Notes: generated by a model not told the origin, from the sequence alone. Positions 26,838 through 39,762 are shown, numbered from the stretch's first letter. The stretch: 64,000 bases of DNA from Octopus sinensis (GCF_006345805.1 NC_043005.1:19220001-19284000), one strand, 5' to 3'. Program-made: numbers and translations.

Positions 26838-27373
26838 CAGGGTGTCCCAAAAAAATGTATACACACCTTAAATAATTGTAAATTTGGGGTTTATTATAAT
26901 TCGAATAATTTTCAACATGTAAAAGAATTTACAAATATCATTCTATTGTCTTGTTATCGCATGTTCTCAAACTGATGTCCGTTCTGCTCCAGGCACTGCT
27001 AACAACGCGAAGCGATGGAATGGCACACATCATGGAACAATTCCCTTGGGATATTCGTACATTCATGTTCAATGGTTGCCCTCAATTGAACGACTGTTGC
27101 AGGTTTCTGTGCGTAGACTTTGTCCTTTAGGTATCCCCATAAAAAGAAGTTTAGTGGTGTGAGGTCTGGTGAACGTGGAGGGTATTCGACAAAACCTCTC
27201 CGTCCAATCCACCTGTTTGGCAAGATCCCATCAAGAAAGGATCTAACATCGCGATGGTAGTGTGGAGGTGCCCCATCTTGCTGGATATAAAACTCTTCCT
27301 GTTCAAAGTCCTCTCTAATGCTTGGCATGACAAACTGTTGCAGCAAGTGTATACATTTTTTTGGGACACCCTG
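26838..27373 (-). mobile_element. Internally deleted Tc1/mariner DD41D (rosa-type) element
   Basis: TIRs cagggtgtcccaaaaaaatgtatacac with TA duplication. Minus ORF QQDGAPPH...WIGRRG..YPPRSPDLTPLNFFLWGYLK has 41 residues between the second Asp and the third catalytic position, which here is Asn (AAC). Confidence 0.92.
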
Positions 27374-27613
27374 TATATATATATGTGTATGTGTGTGTGT
27401 ATTTATATAACTCAAGAGTAAATAGCGGATGTTTAGTTTGTGCACCTTCCTAATTTAAGATGGCTGGTGTAGACGGGGATAATTTTCACGGAAAATGTTA
27501 AGAGATATCAAATATGCACATTCTGCTTGAGCTCTGAGATTCGTTATAGACATGAATAGTTTCTGTTTGTCTTTCTGTCTGTCTTCAGTTTAAAATCATC
27601 ACGGTGGATAGTT

Positions 27614-27752
<139 letters not shown>

Positions 27753-27830
27753 ACGTAACTCTGTGTGTGTGGTTGTTCGGTAAGAAATTGTCGGACCCTC
27801 ATATGTCGTCTAACGACGGGTGAGCCTATC

Positions 27831-27896
<66 letters not shown>

Positions 27897-28539
27897 TAAA
27901 ACTTACTTCGAAATGGATGCGTGGCGTTAAATCATATAATAATATAAATAATATGTATATATATATTATATATATATATATGTACATACTTACATATATA
28001 CGTATATACATATGCATATGCGGGCGGCAGTGAACGTCACAGAACGTAAACAACATAAAAAACGTGAGATACGAAAAAGGAATACAAATACATGGAATAT
28101 GAAGCTTTTTTGCATCAACGAAAGAAACAAATGTAAAACAAGACAAGCAACATAACGAACGACCCTTCATCAGTTGTCGACTGTTCTTTTTAATCCGGAT
28201 TTCGAAGAATTCAACGAATAAAGGCGAGTAAGCAAAAACTTCGGATTCACAATCACTCTTTACCTCGTAAGGATTAATACATATGGATTTTACTAAAATG
28301 CATTGAGTAATACATTAGTTTAATATTACACTGTTTCTATATATAACTTGGCGAGCAATACCATGGAATTTTCGGAGATAAACGTGTAGGAAATGTGCTT
28401 TTACTCTGGCTGTTTGACTGAAGAGAAATTTCCATCTTTTTCTTTCGTTCTTTTTTGTGAAGCGTTTCCATGTTCCATTTTGAATTTTTTTCAATACACA
28501 CACACACACACACACACAAATATGTATATTTATATATAT

Positions 28540-28584
<45 letters not shown>

Positions 28585-28677
28585 TATATATACATATATA
28601 TATATATGTTGAAAGAAGGTTCCTCAATATATATGTATAAACAGTCTAGTAAATATTAAAGATGATAAAAGAAAATG

Positions 28678-29770
28678 GATAAGGAAAAATATAATAGATA
28701 TATGGTTCATTATATTTGTATCACCATGGAAAAGTAATGCAAATTAAAAGTGATACCTATGAGTATAAAAGAAACCGGATCAACAACACAACCAAAAGAT
28801 ATTCGAAAAATCCTACACATGTTTCAATCCGACCGTAAGTTTGCATCATGAACAGTCAAACGATTATCGAAGTAAGAAACCATATATTGCCGGGTAACTT
28901 CAGGGAAAAATAAATATATTTTCCGGTCTTGAATTACAAAATAACTAACTTGTACATTGTGTTTTGGAATTTTCAAATATAAACAACAACTTATTAGGAC
29001 TTATTATTTAGCTAACATAGATCGTTGAAATGTTGCTGAAACATCAAATGCCTTTGAAAAAAATATTTATAAAAGTTTATGGGAGGAAGATGAGATAAAG
29101 ACAAATGTAACTTTACAAAGAATTTTTTATATACCTAATATTTTTTTCCTCAAAACACCGAAAATTATATCTTAACCCATTTAATCCTTTTACTGTATTT
29201 CTTCTAAAAGACATTTTTGAAGTTTAATACAAACAAACTTTTCATCTCTTCTTTATTTACATTTCTCAATCTAATTCTTTGTATATTACGCCCCTCATGA
29301 TAAATTACATTTGTCTTTATCCCATCTTCTTCCCATAAACTTCTATAAATATTGTCTTTTCAAATGGATTTGATGTTTTAACAAAATTTCAACGATCAAT
29401 GTTAGCTAAATTTCAACGATCGATATCTAATCACATGAACTCCGCGTCCTAATAGGTTGTTGTTTACATTTGAAAACTCCAAAACACAGTCTACAACTTA
29501 GTTATTTTGTAATTCAAGACCGGAAAATATACTTACTTTTCCCTGAAGATGCCTGGCAATATATAGTTTCTTACATCTATAATAGTTTGAACGTTCATGA
29601 TTCAAACATACTGTCGGATTGAAACATGTGTAGGATTTTTTCGGATATATTTTGATTGTTTTGTTGATCCGGTTTATTTAATCCTTATAGGTATCACTTT
29701 TACTTTGCATTAATTTTCCATTGCGAGACAAATGAAATGAACCAAGTATTTATTATATTGTTTCTGATCC
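28678..29770. repeat. Old fold-back inverted repeat, ~440-bp arms and ~190-bp spacer
   Basis: 28678-29115 is a diverged reverse complement of 29303-29770 (e.g. aaaaatcctacacatgtttcaatccgac vs gtcggattgaaacatgtgtaggattttt). Confidence 0.85.
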
Positions 29771-30426
29771 TTTTTTAAAAATTATCTTTATACATAGGAA
29801 GTTTAACATGTGGCCGGTCATAGAGTTACCAATGATTTCACATCCATACAGACTTCAATGGTCGCGGGTATATAACCTCTTTTCAAAATGGAGATAGTAA
29901 AACCTTACGTTAGCTGATTTTGTAAACAAAAACTGAATTGTCCGAGCCTTACGTGTAACGGTTTATCGCCCTTAGATCGTTTCCTGGGAGCAAATTTTTG
30001 CGACCCTGATCAACGAACGGAGAATCCCGGCACTTAGATTGGTTACAGTTCGCATACTTTTTTGGCCCTAATCAACGGATGTGGAATCTCACTCTTGCTG
30101 TATGTAGCGTTTACAGTGCAGACAAGGGCTGAAGGCCTTATTTCTGAATTTTAAAAGAGTCTTTTAGGATCCTTGCTCGCTGTGCTATGCAAAGTTTGCA
30201 TCGTACGCTTCAGAGTTAGGCCGATATGAAGGATGCCGTCAGGAGATGGTGAGGTAATAGGAAGTATGTACTGATTGTTAAACCATTAATTGGATTAGGT
30301 GACAGATCTACGTATTATGTTCAGGAGAATGACAGATGAAGTGTTGGGCCCCTAACAGAGAGCTATGGAGAAAGGAATGGATTCACTGAGCAGGATACCG
30401 ATATAGTTATTGACTCGGATGTGGGT

Positions 30427-32720
30427 TTAAGATACATAGATGGAAAGAGAGATGGAAGAAGGGAAAAGCCTATGCTCCAGGCCACAGGTGATCTTGAATT
30501 CTTCAGAGATGTCAGTCTGATAAAGGACTCTTCCCCTCATGTCATCATCGAAATCCTTGATCAGCGAAATGAAGCTCCAGGACAACCGTAACGACGCAGG
30601 ATATCCCACATGACCTCTCTTGGGACATTGTCGAAAGCTTTTTCCAAGTCGTAGAAGAGGAAAAAGACAGATATCTGCTTCTCTCGGCTCTTCTCATGGA
30701 TTTGACGTGCACAAAAGATCACGTCGTTGGTACCACTTGACCTTCTGAAACCACACTGTGACTCAGGAAAGACTGACTCAGCTACTACTTGGAGATTAGA
30801 GCGATGATCTTGCCTGCGATTGAAAGCAGGGAGATGCCACGATAGTTACCACAAAGGCTCCTATCCCCTTTCTTGAAGATGGTGACAATGATTGCATCTT
30901 TGAGATCTTGAGGAATCTGCTTCTTCTCCCAGATCTCCAGAATCAGCACGAAGAGTCTTGCTGAGGAGTTCAAATGGAATGTTGTCAGGTCCGGCAGCTT
31001 TGTTAGGTTTCATTTGATTGAAAGCGGTCATGAATTCGATAAGGGAAGGGGGACGTGACAGTTCCAGTCTGACAAAGTGTTGAGGAATAGTCTTCAGTGG
31101 GTCTTCAGAAGCAGTAGACGGGCGATTCAACAAGGCTTTGAAGTGTTCTTTTCAGCGATGAAGAATCCCATCCTTCTCGGTGATGACGAGTTGTCTGCTG
31201 TTTTCAGCTGGGATGTTGATGATTTTTGGGGGCCGTAAATTTAATTGGTTCCTCATGCCACGACTGTCAGCAAATGATTGGAGTTGGACAGCTTTGGTTC
31301 TCAATCTCGCGAATCCTTCTTTTGCAGAGGCAGAGTGACTTGGCTTCCTAGCATCTGGCGAGTTTCGTGCAACATGAGGTGTTGTTCAGATGTTCAATGA
31401 GTGCTGATCGCTTGGTATCAATCAGGGTGGAAATTTCAAGACTATTTGAGTCGAACCAGTCTGCACGGGACCGCTTTTGGAAACCGATGTTCTCTCTCTC
31501 GCAGATTTGGTGATGATGTTCTTGAGCGTGGTCAACTGAGCGTTGGGATCAGAGCTGTCACATGAGGGGTTTTCATTCAACTGCTTTTCGACAGACACTT
31601 GAAAAAGACGGATATTCTGGAGGTCTCGGAGGGCAGTGGTGTCGTACTTCCTCCGGGAAGGTGGATTTGATCTTGGTTGGAATGTCTTCTTCTTCAGAAT
31701 CCGTCTTATCCGCATGACAACCAGACGGTGGTCGATCCAACAATCGTCAGCAGACAGTATTAAACGGGTGATGCGAACATCTTTGAGATCACATTGTCTT
31801 GTGATGGCATAGTCTCGGGAGGTGCCAATGCTTGGATCTGGGATGTTGCCATGTGGTCTTGAAATGGTTCTGCTGTCTGAAGAAGGTGTTTGCATTGGAG
31901 TTCCCGATTCCGTCTTTCCCAAAAACCTTCTCCCCAAGATGATGGTCTCTGCCAACCCTTGAGTTGAAGTCACCCAGTAGGAGGATCTTGTCTGAACTGG
32001 AGACAGCTGTGAGTTGTTGGTCGAGTTGATGGTAGAACTCTTCCTTTATGTTGTCTTCAGCATCGAGTGTTGGAGCATAGATGGAAAAGATGGTGATGTA
32101 AGATGTTGAGAGGGGAATTCGGACGGACATGATTCTCTCCGTGATGCAAGACGGAGTCAGCTTGAAGGATTTTACGAGTTTTGTCTTTATTGCAAAACCC
32201 ACGCCGTGCATATGAGGGTGGCCAGGCTCCTTTTCTTTCCAGAAGATCGTATATCTGGAACATTGTTCTTCAAGTGAGCCTTCCCCTAACAGTCTGGTTT
32301 CACTCAGAGCTGCAAAGTCCACATCGAAACGGCTCAGTTCGTGTGTGACGAGGCTGTTTTCTGGCAGGTCGATTTGTGTCCTTGTGATGTAGTAGTGTTC
32401 GAACGTTCCAAGTAGCAAAGTTAATTATAGTGTTTCAGCAGCAGAATGGGTGACCCGCTGAACGCAGCTTTCCAGCCAGGTAGGGTTCCGACATCCAATG
32501 TTTAGCCTAGCTTTTCTAGGGCCTTCCTCATCCGAGGTGGGCTGCGGGGATTCTAAATAGGCCAGCCCAATCGCGAACATAGCTACCGCCCATCAAGATT
32601 GCCGCAAAGTCTCTGATTGAACGGTCATCACATGCTCGCCGCCTACGGGTCGGGACTAGAGACTTCCAGCTCCACCAGGGTCTGTCTCCGTTATCCGTAA
32701 CCCACAGCCATAGGACTTTT
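30427..32720 (-). mobile_element. RTE-clade LINE relic: 5' UTR, APE endonuclease and N-terminal half of RT; frameshifted
   Basis: ATWNVR, DFAALSETR, GVGFAI, SIYAPT and LLGDFNSRVG (APE); KAAGPDNIP, IFKKGDRSLCGNYRGISLLSIAGK, QCGFR and DLEKAFD (RT). Confidence 0.92.
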
Positions 32721-32999
32721 TGGGGGGTGGGGAGAGGAAAGTAGGAAAGAAGGAAATAGTACTGGATGTCATGACGTAATTTTGTTTAAGGTGGACCGCC
32801 ACTTGCCAGGCGGAGGCCCACTCACTTGCCTCAGAGGACTTCATCAGTGGCACCATGGAGGAGACGTATAGACATTGATCTCACAGCCATTGAGAGACAT
32901 AGATGTCGCTTCGTCTGCCTGATCAATCGTTGAAGACTTGAAGATTCCTTCTCGTAGCCTTAGCTTAAAGAGGCATCCTGCAAGGCAGCAGAAGAGGGT

Positions 33000-33160
33000 C
33001 CAATTTTTACCCATTGGTGGGGCCCTAACAGGCGCTACCACTCCGGGCCAGAGCGGACCTGGGAGAAAGAGCAGCTAAGGGGTGTCTCCACGCTCCCCAT
33101 AACTCCTGTTCCCCAAGCCGGAGCTTCACCACAGGTTGCAGTTTTCTGTCTTACCAAGGA
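33000..33160. mobile_element. Short interspersed repeat fragment (ccctaacaggcgctaccactccgggccagagcggacctggga)
   Basis: GC-rich island resembling a common octopod short repeat; class not determined. Confidence 0.45.
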
Positions 33161-33163
33161 TAA

Positions 33164-33221
<58 letters not shown>

Positions 33222-33669
33222 TATATATATACATACATACACATCCATATATAAATAATCTTCTAATATTAATATAAGATATAAAATAATATAGTAAAAA
33301 GAAGTGAAGCGAAGTAGTAATTGTCTATTCTTATTGAACAAATGAAATATTAAGTGTTCATTCTTATTGAAATAGTATACTTTCTTGCATTTAAACAATC
33401 TTCAGGTTTATTGGTAGTGACAGTTGTGATCGTTGGTTTCAACTGTGGTTGACTGGTTAAATTTTGTCCTTTATGTACATTCCTGTTGATAGAAGTAGTA
33501 GTTATTTACATTATTTACATTCGACGGATATTTGTCTTGTTTCTAAAAATAAACACTGAAAAATGGTATGGCATCATTTCTAAAAATTAACCAAGCAACT
33601 ACTACTTCTGTTCTATATTTAAGAGATGAGGAATTATGTATATTATTAACCACTACGTCATATGCCCGT

Positions 33670-33949
33670 GGGCATATGACGTAGTGGTTAAGAGCGCGGG
33701 CTACTAACCCCAAGATTCCGAGTTCGATTCCAAGCAGTGACCTGAACAACAACAACAACAATAATGATAATAATAACATCGAAAAATATCTTAGGGATGA
33801 GAACCCAGGTTCGAAATTTCCCCCAAGACACCTGAAGAAGGCTGGAGGGTATATCAGCCGAAACGTTGTGTTAATAACAAACAAGATGAAGACAAATATC
33901 CGTCGAATGTAAATAATGTACATAATTCCTCATCTCTTCAATATAGAAC
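33670..33949 (+). mobile_element. tRNA-headed, hammerhead-bearing SINE-like element (family H)
   Basis: A-box-like tgacgtagtgg (33677), B-box-like gagttcgattcc (33720), short AAC/AAT linker, hammerhead at 33827-33872; body shared with 49330-49549. Confidence 0.8.
33827..33872 (+). ncRNA. Minimal type I hammerhead ribozyme motif with palindromic stem III (Penelope type)
   Basis: GACAC-CTGAAGA-A-GGCTG gagggtatat CAGCC-GAAAC-GT-T-GTGTT; AACGTT is palindromic. Confidence 0.78.
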
Positions 33950-34089
33950 AGAAGGAGTAGTTGCTTGGTTATTTTTAGAAGCGATGCCATACCATTTTTC
34001 AGTGTTTATTTTTAGAAATGATGACAGCAGTACTTTTTAGAGATTTTTATTTTTAGATATGGGGATAAGCCTTTTAATCCTTAAATAAG

Positions 34090-35235
34090 ATTATTTTTTA
34101 TCATTGTTTATTAATCTTCGGTTTGAATTTATTAATAAAGTCCTTTTCTCTCAGTTTTCTCTCGATTTCATTCGGATTATATAATTTATGAAATGGAAAT
34201 ATTATAAATATTTTCCGGCCACATGTTGCTAGGTGAGTACTCAGCGGTATTTGGCAGGCTTCAGGATATTTAATTTGTTGTCGGTGCACACATGAGCGTT
34301 CTGATAGTGCATTGACTGTCTGGCTAGCATACAGTTCTTCGCAATTCGGGCATTTGATGCAGTAGATTAGATTTCTGCTTTTACAGTTCATATTTGCGTT
34401 TGAGAATATTTTCCCCGTTTTTTGTGTTCATATATGGGCCGGAATGAATTAATTGGTATGCACCGCATCGGCTATCATTGCATTTAGACACAGTGAATGG
34501 TTGGTCTTTGCTGCTAAGCTCAAATCTTGCCTTTCTTAATAACTTTTTCAAGCTTTTACTGATAGTTATAGTTTGGTATGTAATGATATCTCTTAATTCC
34601 TTGCTTGAGCAATGATTGGTAGGTTTGCTTTAGCTAAACTGAAGATACTCTGGTGGCATGGATTGTGCGTCACTATAAATGGTATGATTTGTTCTTGTTT
34701 TCCTCTCCTTTGTGTTGTCCTCAGTTGTTGTTTGGGTATTTTCATAGCCTGCTGAATACCATTTTCTATAAATAGTGACGGGTGTTTTTGTCTGAGCAGA
34801 AATTCTTTCAGTTATATCAGGCGCTGATTTCTGACCTTCATATCTTCTACAATGGTACAGATTCTTCTGGCTAAGCAGTATGGGATGTTACGTTTTGTAT
34901 GCGGTGGAGGCACGATTTAAAATTCAGGTATTGATGTGTATCTGTGTGTTTATAATGTATATCTGAGGTAATGGTGGTGTTCTTTTTAATCACCATTATA
35001 TCTAGGAATGGTAATTTGGTACTGCTCATCTCCTTTGTAAATTGGATGGATGGGTGTAGGTTGTTCAGGAGGATATTGAATTCTCCCACAGTGTTTTGAG
35101 ATTTTTCCAGATTATGAAGCAATCGTCGAGGTATCTCTTCCATGCCTTTTCAATATACTTCTTAGATTCAGTGCTGTATCTCTCCTCTATTTCCTGGCAG
35201 AGTTTTTGTTCTAAGTATCCCATCGTCGAGTTTCC
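34090..35235 (-). mobile_element. Penelope-like retroelement relic (RT + GIY-YIG endonuclease), 5'-truncated and frameshifted
   Basis: WKRYLDDCFIIW, LHPSIQFTKE...LPFLDIMV...YKHTDTHQYLNFKS (PLE RT); CKSRNLIYCIKCPNCEELYASQT...ER...H (GIY-YIG). Confidence 0.92.
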
Positions 35236-35276
35236 GTAAACGGGAGCAAACATACATACATACATACATACATACA

Positions 35277-35309
<33 letters not shown>

Positions 35310-37499
35310 GCGTGTGTATATATGGTACACGTGTGTGTATATATATACACACATATGATATACGTAATTATACACTCATATACATACATACATAGAAACA
35401 CATACACGCATATATACGAAATTTGATTTTTTTTTCAATTCAACGATCTCTCTGCAAAATACTGTGCGAAAACAATCATCGTTATATATACGAAATATTT
35501 ATTTATATTACCATTATTCCATATATTGATATCTATAGATACAGCATGATTTCATGTGTGTATGTCTGTGCGAGTGTGCGCGTACTGCTTGCCTGTGTGT
35601 CTGTACGTGTCTTTTTGTGTGTGCTTGTAAGTTTTCTGCAGATATTAAAAGCATGTATTTACGTACGTTTGCCAATAAATGTTTTTTCTATGCATCTATA
35701 CGAACAAGCGTGTTCTTACGAGTGTATGCACGTACGACAGTTATAGATATCCTCTAATTCCTTCTAAGCAACTGTCTCCATTTGCTATTCAATGAATCTC
35801 TATTCCGTATATATCTGCACATGCTCGTTCTATTATGTTGCGATATATATATATACGTATATATCATTTTTCAATTATTTCTTTTATTTACCCTTTTTTT
35901 CTTACCATCTGATTTAGTTTCTGCATTTCATATCTTTTACTCATTATTTTCCTATCTTTCAATTTATTTCTTAACTCTTCTGGTATGTATGCGTGTGCGA
36001 GCACACACACACACATACATACGCACACATACATACACTCGCGCACACACACATGCATATACACACACATGCACACGTCTATATAGACATATGTTATGAC
36101 ATATATATAGGGACGTATGCATACTTACAATCACACACACGCGCGCACACACACACACAACACACACACTAACACACTCACACACTCTCTCACACACACA
36201 CGCACACACATACTTTGGTTTCATATTTGGCTGGCAAGATTTTTGATATGAACTCAGTGTTGAAACAAATCTTGTTGAATCTAAAGAAGGTCATTACGCA
36301 AATAGTATTAATTTCACACACGCACAGGCTCATTTTCACTTCTTTATTGTTAATCAATCTAACCAACAAACTAATCGATTTTTTGTTTAATCGGTTTGTT
36401 TAATCATTGTTTAATTATTAATGAGGTCGCGAATGAAAAAAATAGGATTTTGACAAATAACTTAATGACTGTTTAGCCAACACATTAAACAGACGATCGA
36501 TTAGTTATTTGGTGAGATGGCTAACCAATTTACTAACAATAAATGAGCTAAACTGAATCAGTGCGTGTGTTTAATATTATTAGCATTATGACCCAACCTA
36601 GATACAAGATAAATGCTTGTGCGGGCGTGTGTGTATATGCGCGCGCGCGTACACACAATGAGTGAAGGAAATAGATTGGATCATGGCGTCGTCTTATGAG
36701 TTTATATCTAAGAAATATATACGTAGCAAAAAGATTCCCTAAGACATAATAAGTATACTCATAGGAGCATTTATGCCTTCGAAACCGTCCACTTTTCGCG
36801 AGATATATTCAGAATAATACTTATTTGCAATAATAAACCTCTGAACTATAGTCCGTATGTAGTACTCGGGTCTTCGAGGGAGGATGACCTCCCTTTGCAA
36901 ATAACACAAGGGCACTGAGATAGTGTCTAAAGTCCTTCTGGTGACGTTGATCGCCTGGGGCTAAAAGCATCAGTAACCCCCCCCCCCCAGTGGCTAGCCA
37001 CATTCAGATGGCTAATACCCCTTACGTTAATACTTATTTGGTTTTCTGAAAACCACTAAACACGTATCAGATTTATTAGATATATACCAGATTTATTAGA
37101 TATATACTTCTATTTTTTATTGGAAGATCTTTATCAGCGGACATTATAGAAGTGATTATAAATTACTATAATATACTTATACAGAAGAGAGCTACCAGCG
37201 ACACTGAAAGTCAAATGAGGTGAAGAACAAAAAATTCTTATAGGTTCCTGCAGTCAAATTCGTAAGAATTCTACTATTTCAAATATCGTTATTAACTTTA
37301 TTACTTACAAATATAATAATTATCATTAGTATAATTATTTTTACGCACACATACTCTTTTAAAGAATTCTATCGTCTTATATTTCAAATATTTCACTTAT
37401 TCATTTTTATAGCAATATCATCGATTACCCATTTCCTTAACTTCGTTATTTCCTGTTCTCCTTTATATCACCTCCCAGTGTAGTATATATTCTACAAAC

Positions 37500-38520
37500 A
37501 AGCTTTACATTTTTTATTGTAATTTATTTTACCATTAATTTTTTTTACGGAAATTTCTTATTTTTGCTCGGATATTTTCTTATCTTGGCTGTCTTCCATA
37601 ATTTATTCTGCCTATATCTGCTCCCATATATGTTATTTCCTTATCTTAATTAGTTTTTATTTTCTCTTCTTTTTTTCTCTCCTTCCTCTTCTTTCCCCTA
37701 CTGCCATTCCTTTTTGTTCATCTTTCTGTTCTATATATTCCCTTCTTCATAAACAACATTACTGACAGCCATGCCCTACCCAAACAATTAACCATTTATA
37801 ATAACCATCATATATAACCTACACTATCCAAGGCTGTCTAGTCAATTCCATTTCCTTCCTTAGTCAATTATCTTTTATAATTCCTTTAACCTTTAATCGT
37901 TCACTCTTGCCCAGTCATCCACAACCCCCTTCTCTCTCTACTGTCGCTTTACTCTCTACTTCTACACATTAAAGTTATTTCTATCTATCATTTTTCATTA
38001 TCAATATATCTTCTATTGCATTTCAAGTATCAACTTCGCCTGAGGAAATAAACTCACAACTACTACGTTCACCCTGTCTCTATTTGTTTTACTATATTAC
38101 TATTGAAATCAACACCAATATCATTTCTGTTTGACTATCACCCAGAGAATCCCTAATAATGCACAACCGTTAATGTATTTTCTACTAATAAGCTCTACCT
38201 TCACACTATATCTTGTTTCATCTGTCATCTATTAAATTTCTTATTTTTCTCAAATACCTTCTTATCTCAACTGCTTTCTGTTAAGTCATATTGCCCTCAA
38301 TCTTCTCACGTATTTCATTTCCTATCTTTAGTTTTCTTTTCTATTTCTCTTTTCTTTTTCCTTTTCTTTTCCTTTTCCTTTTTACCTTTCTTTTCCTCTA
38401 CTTTCCATCTTTTTTTTCTGTAACATTTACTCTCATTTCCATAAACACTAATCAGGCGCACTACACCCCCAAATTTAACGTTTATAACAAACACCACACA
38501 TGACCTAGACAATCCTTGAT
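37500..38520 (-). mobile_element. Possible highly decayed L1/Tx1-like endonuclease region
   Basis: Purine-rich minus strand; FGGVVRLISVYG resembles RLINVYAP and IGVDFNS resembles GGDFN; many stops. Confidence 0.4.
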
Positions 38521-39512
38521 TGTCTAATCAAAGCCACTACTTCCTCTAACCAGTTATCGTTTCAATTCTTACAACTGTCAGCATTTCACCCAATCATCCC
38601 TCTCTTCCTCCTCCTCCTCCTCCTCTCTGGTGTACATTCATCATAGAATATTCACTACAAATATATATTTCAACAGTCACTGTTATCAGAGAACCTATAC
38701 CTTTCACCTTAACACGTTTTGTACTCCTATCAATCCCCAGTAATCTTTTTCTGCTTTATAGCTACATTTTTCTAAATGTTCCTTTTTTTTATTATTAAAT
38801 GGAAATAGCATCACATATAAAAGCTACCCTGTTTTTATGTTGGCGAGACTTTTTCGATAATTCACTCTATTTTTCTGACACAGTAATCTAAAACTTTTTT
38901 GTTTTCTGAAAGTGAAAGGGCATCTGCCAAAATGCCTGTATTTACAGTTTGAGCACGGAATGGGCTTTATATATTCTTCCAGAATTTCTGCTTCCTAATG
39001 TTTAGTTTAATTTTTCAGTACGGTTAAATATTTTTCAATCACAAGAATAGTGACCCGAGGAGACGAAGCGAAATTCATACCTACTCTGTTGTTTAGTAAA
39101 TAACAGCTACTCTTGCTAGAAGGGAATGTGGCTCAACTGCTGCTAAAAGCAAAACTAAAAAAGACATTCACATTGTGTCTAGCAAAGGGTTATGGAAACG
39201 ATATCAACAACAGAGTCAACCAAATCAACGCAGTCATATTCAACCACAACAACGAGTGGGGACGCAATGACTCAATGGTTAGTGCAGCGGACTCGTGACA
39301 TGTTAAGATTATGTAATCCTTCTAAAATTGTAGGAAAGTTTCGTTATTTGCTGGACAAACAGAGGGGCTCATATTTGTGGACGGGAAAAAAATATATTTG
39401 ACTCTAAGAAGAACAGCCAAAATTTTATAAACGCCACATATAATAGTTTTTAATGTTCAAGAACCAACATACATTCAAAATTATATTTACAAATAAATAA
39501 TAAAGTACTATA

Positions 39513-39689
39513 GGCGCAGGAGTAACTGTGTGGCAAGAAGCTTGCTTCCCAACCACATGGTTCCGGGTTCAGTCCCACTGCGTGACACCTTGAGCAAGTG
39601 TATTCTACTATAGCTTCGGGCCGACCAAAGCCTTGTGAGTGGATTTGGTAGATGGAAACTGAAAGAAGCTCGTCGTATATATAATATAT

Positions 39690-39762
<73 letters not shown>

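Noticed and set aside
27790-27835. Second Helitron terminus (gtcgtctaacgacggg)
   Set aside because: The hairpin is weak and lacks a correctly placed CTRR end.
28150-28190. Minus-strand CTGATGA core (gacaaCTGATGAagggtcg)
   Set aside because: No downstream GAAA with a closing stem II could be found.
29930-30420. GC-richer tract as an LTR or promoter
   Set aside because: No second copy, no TG...CA ends and no PBS/PPT seen.
32430-33160. Possible HDV-like or twister ribozyme at the RTE 5' end
   Set aside because: Such ribozymes are known in RTE 5' UTRs, but I could not fold a nested double pseudoknot or find twister motifs by eye; a descriptor search is needed.
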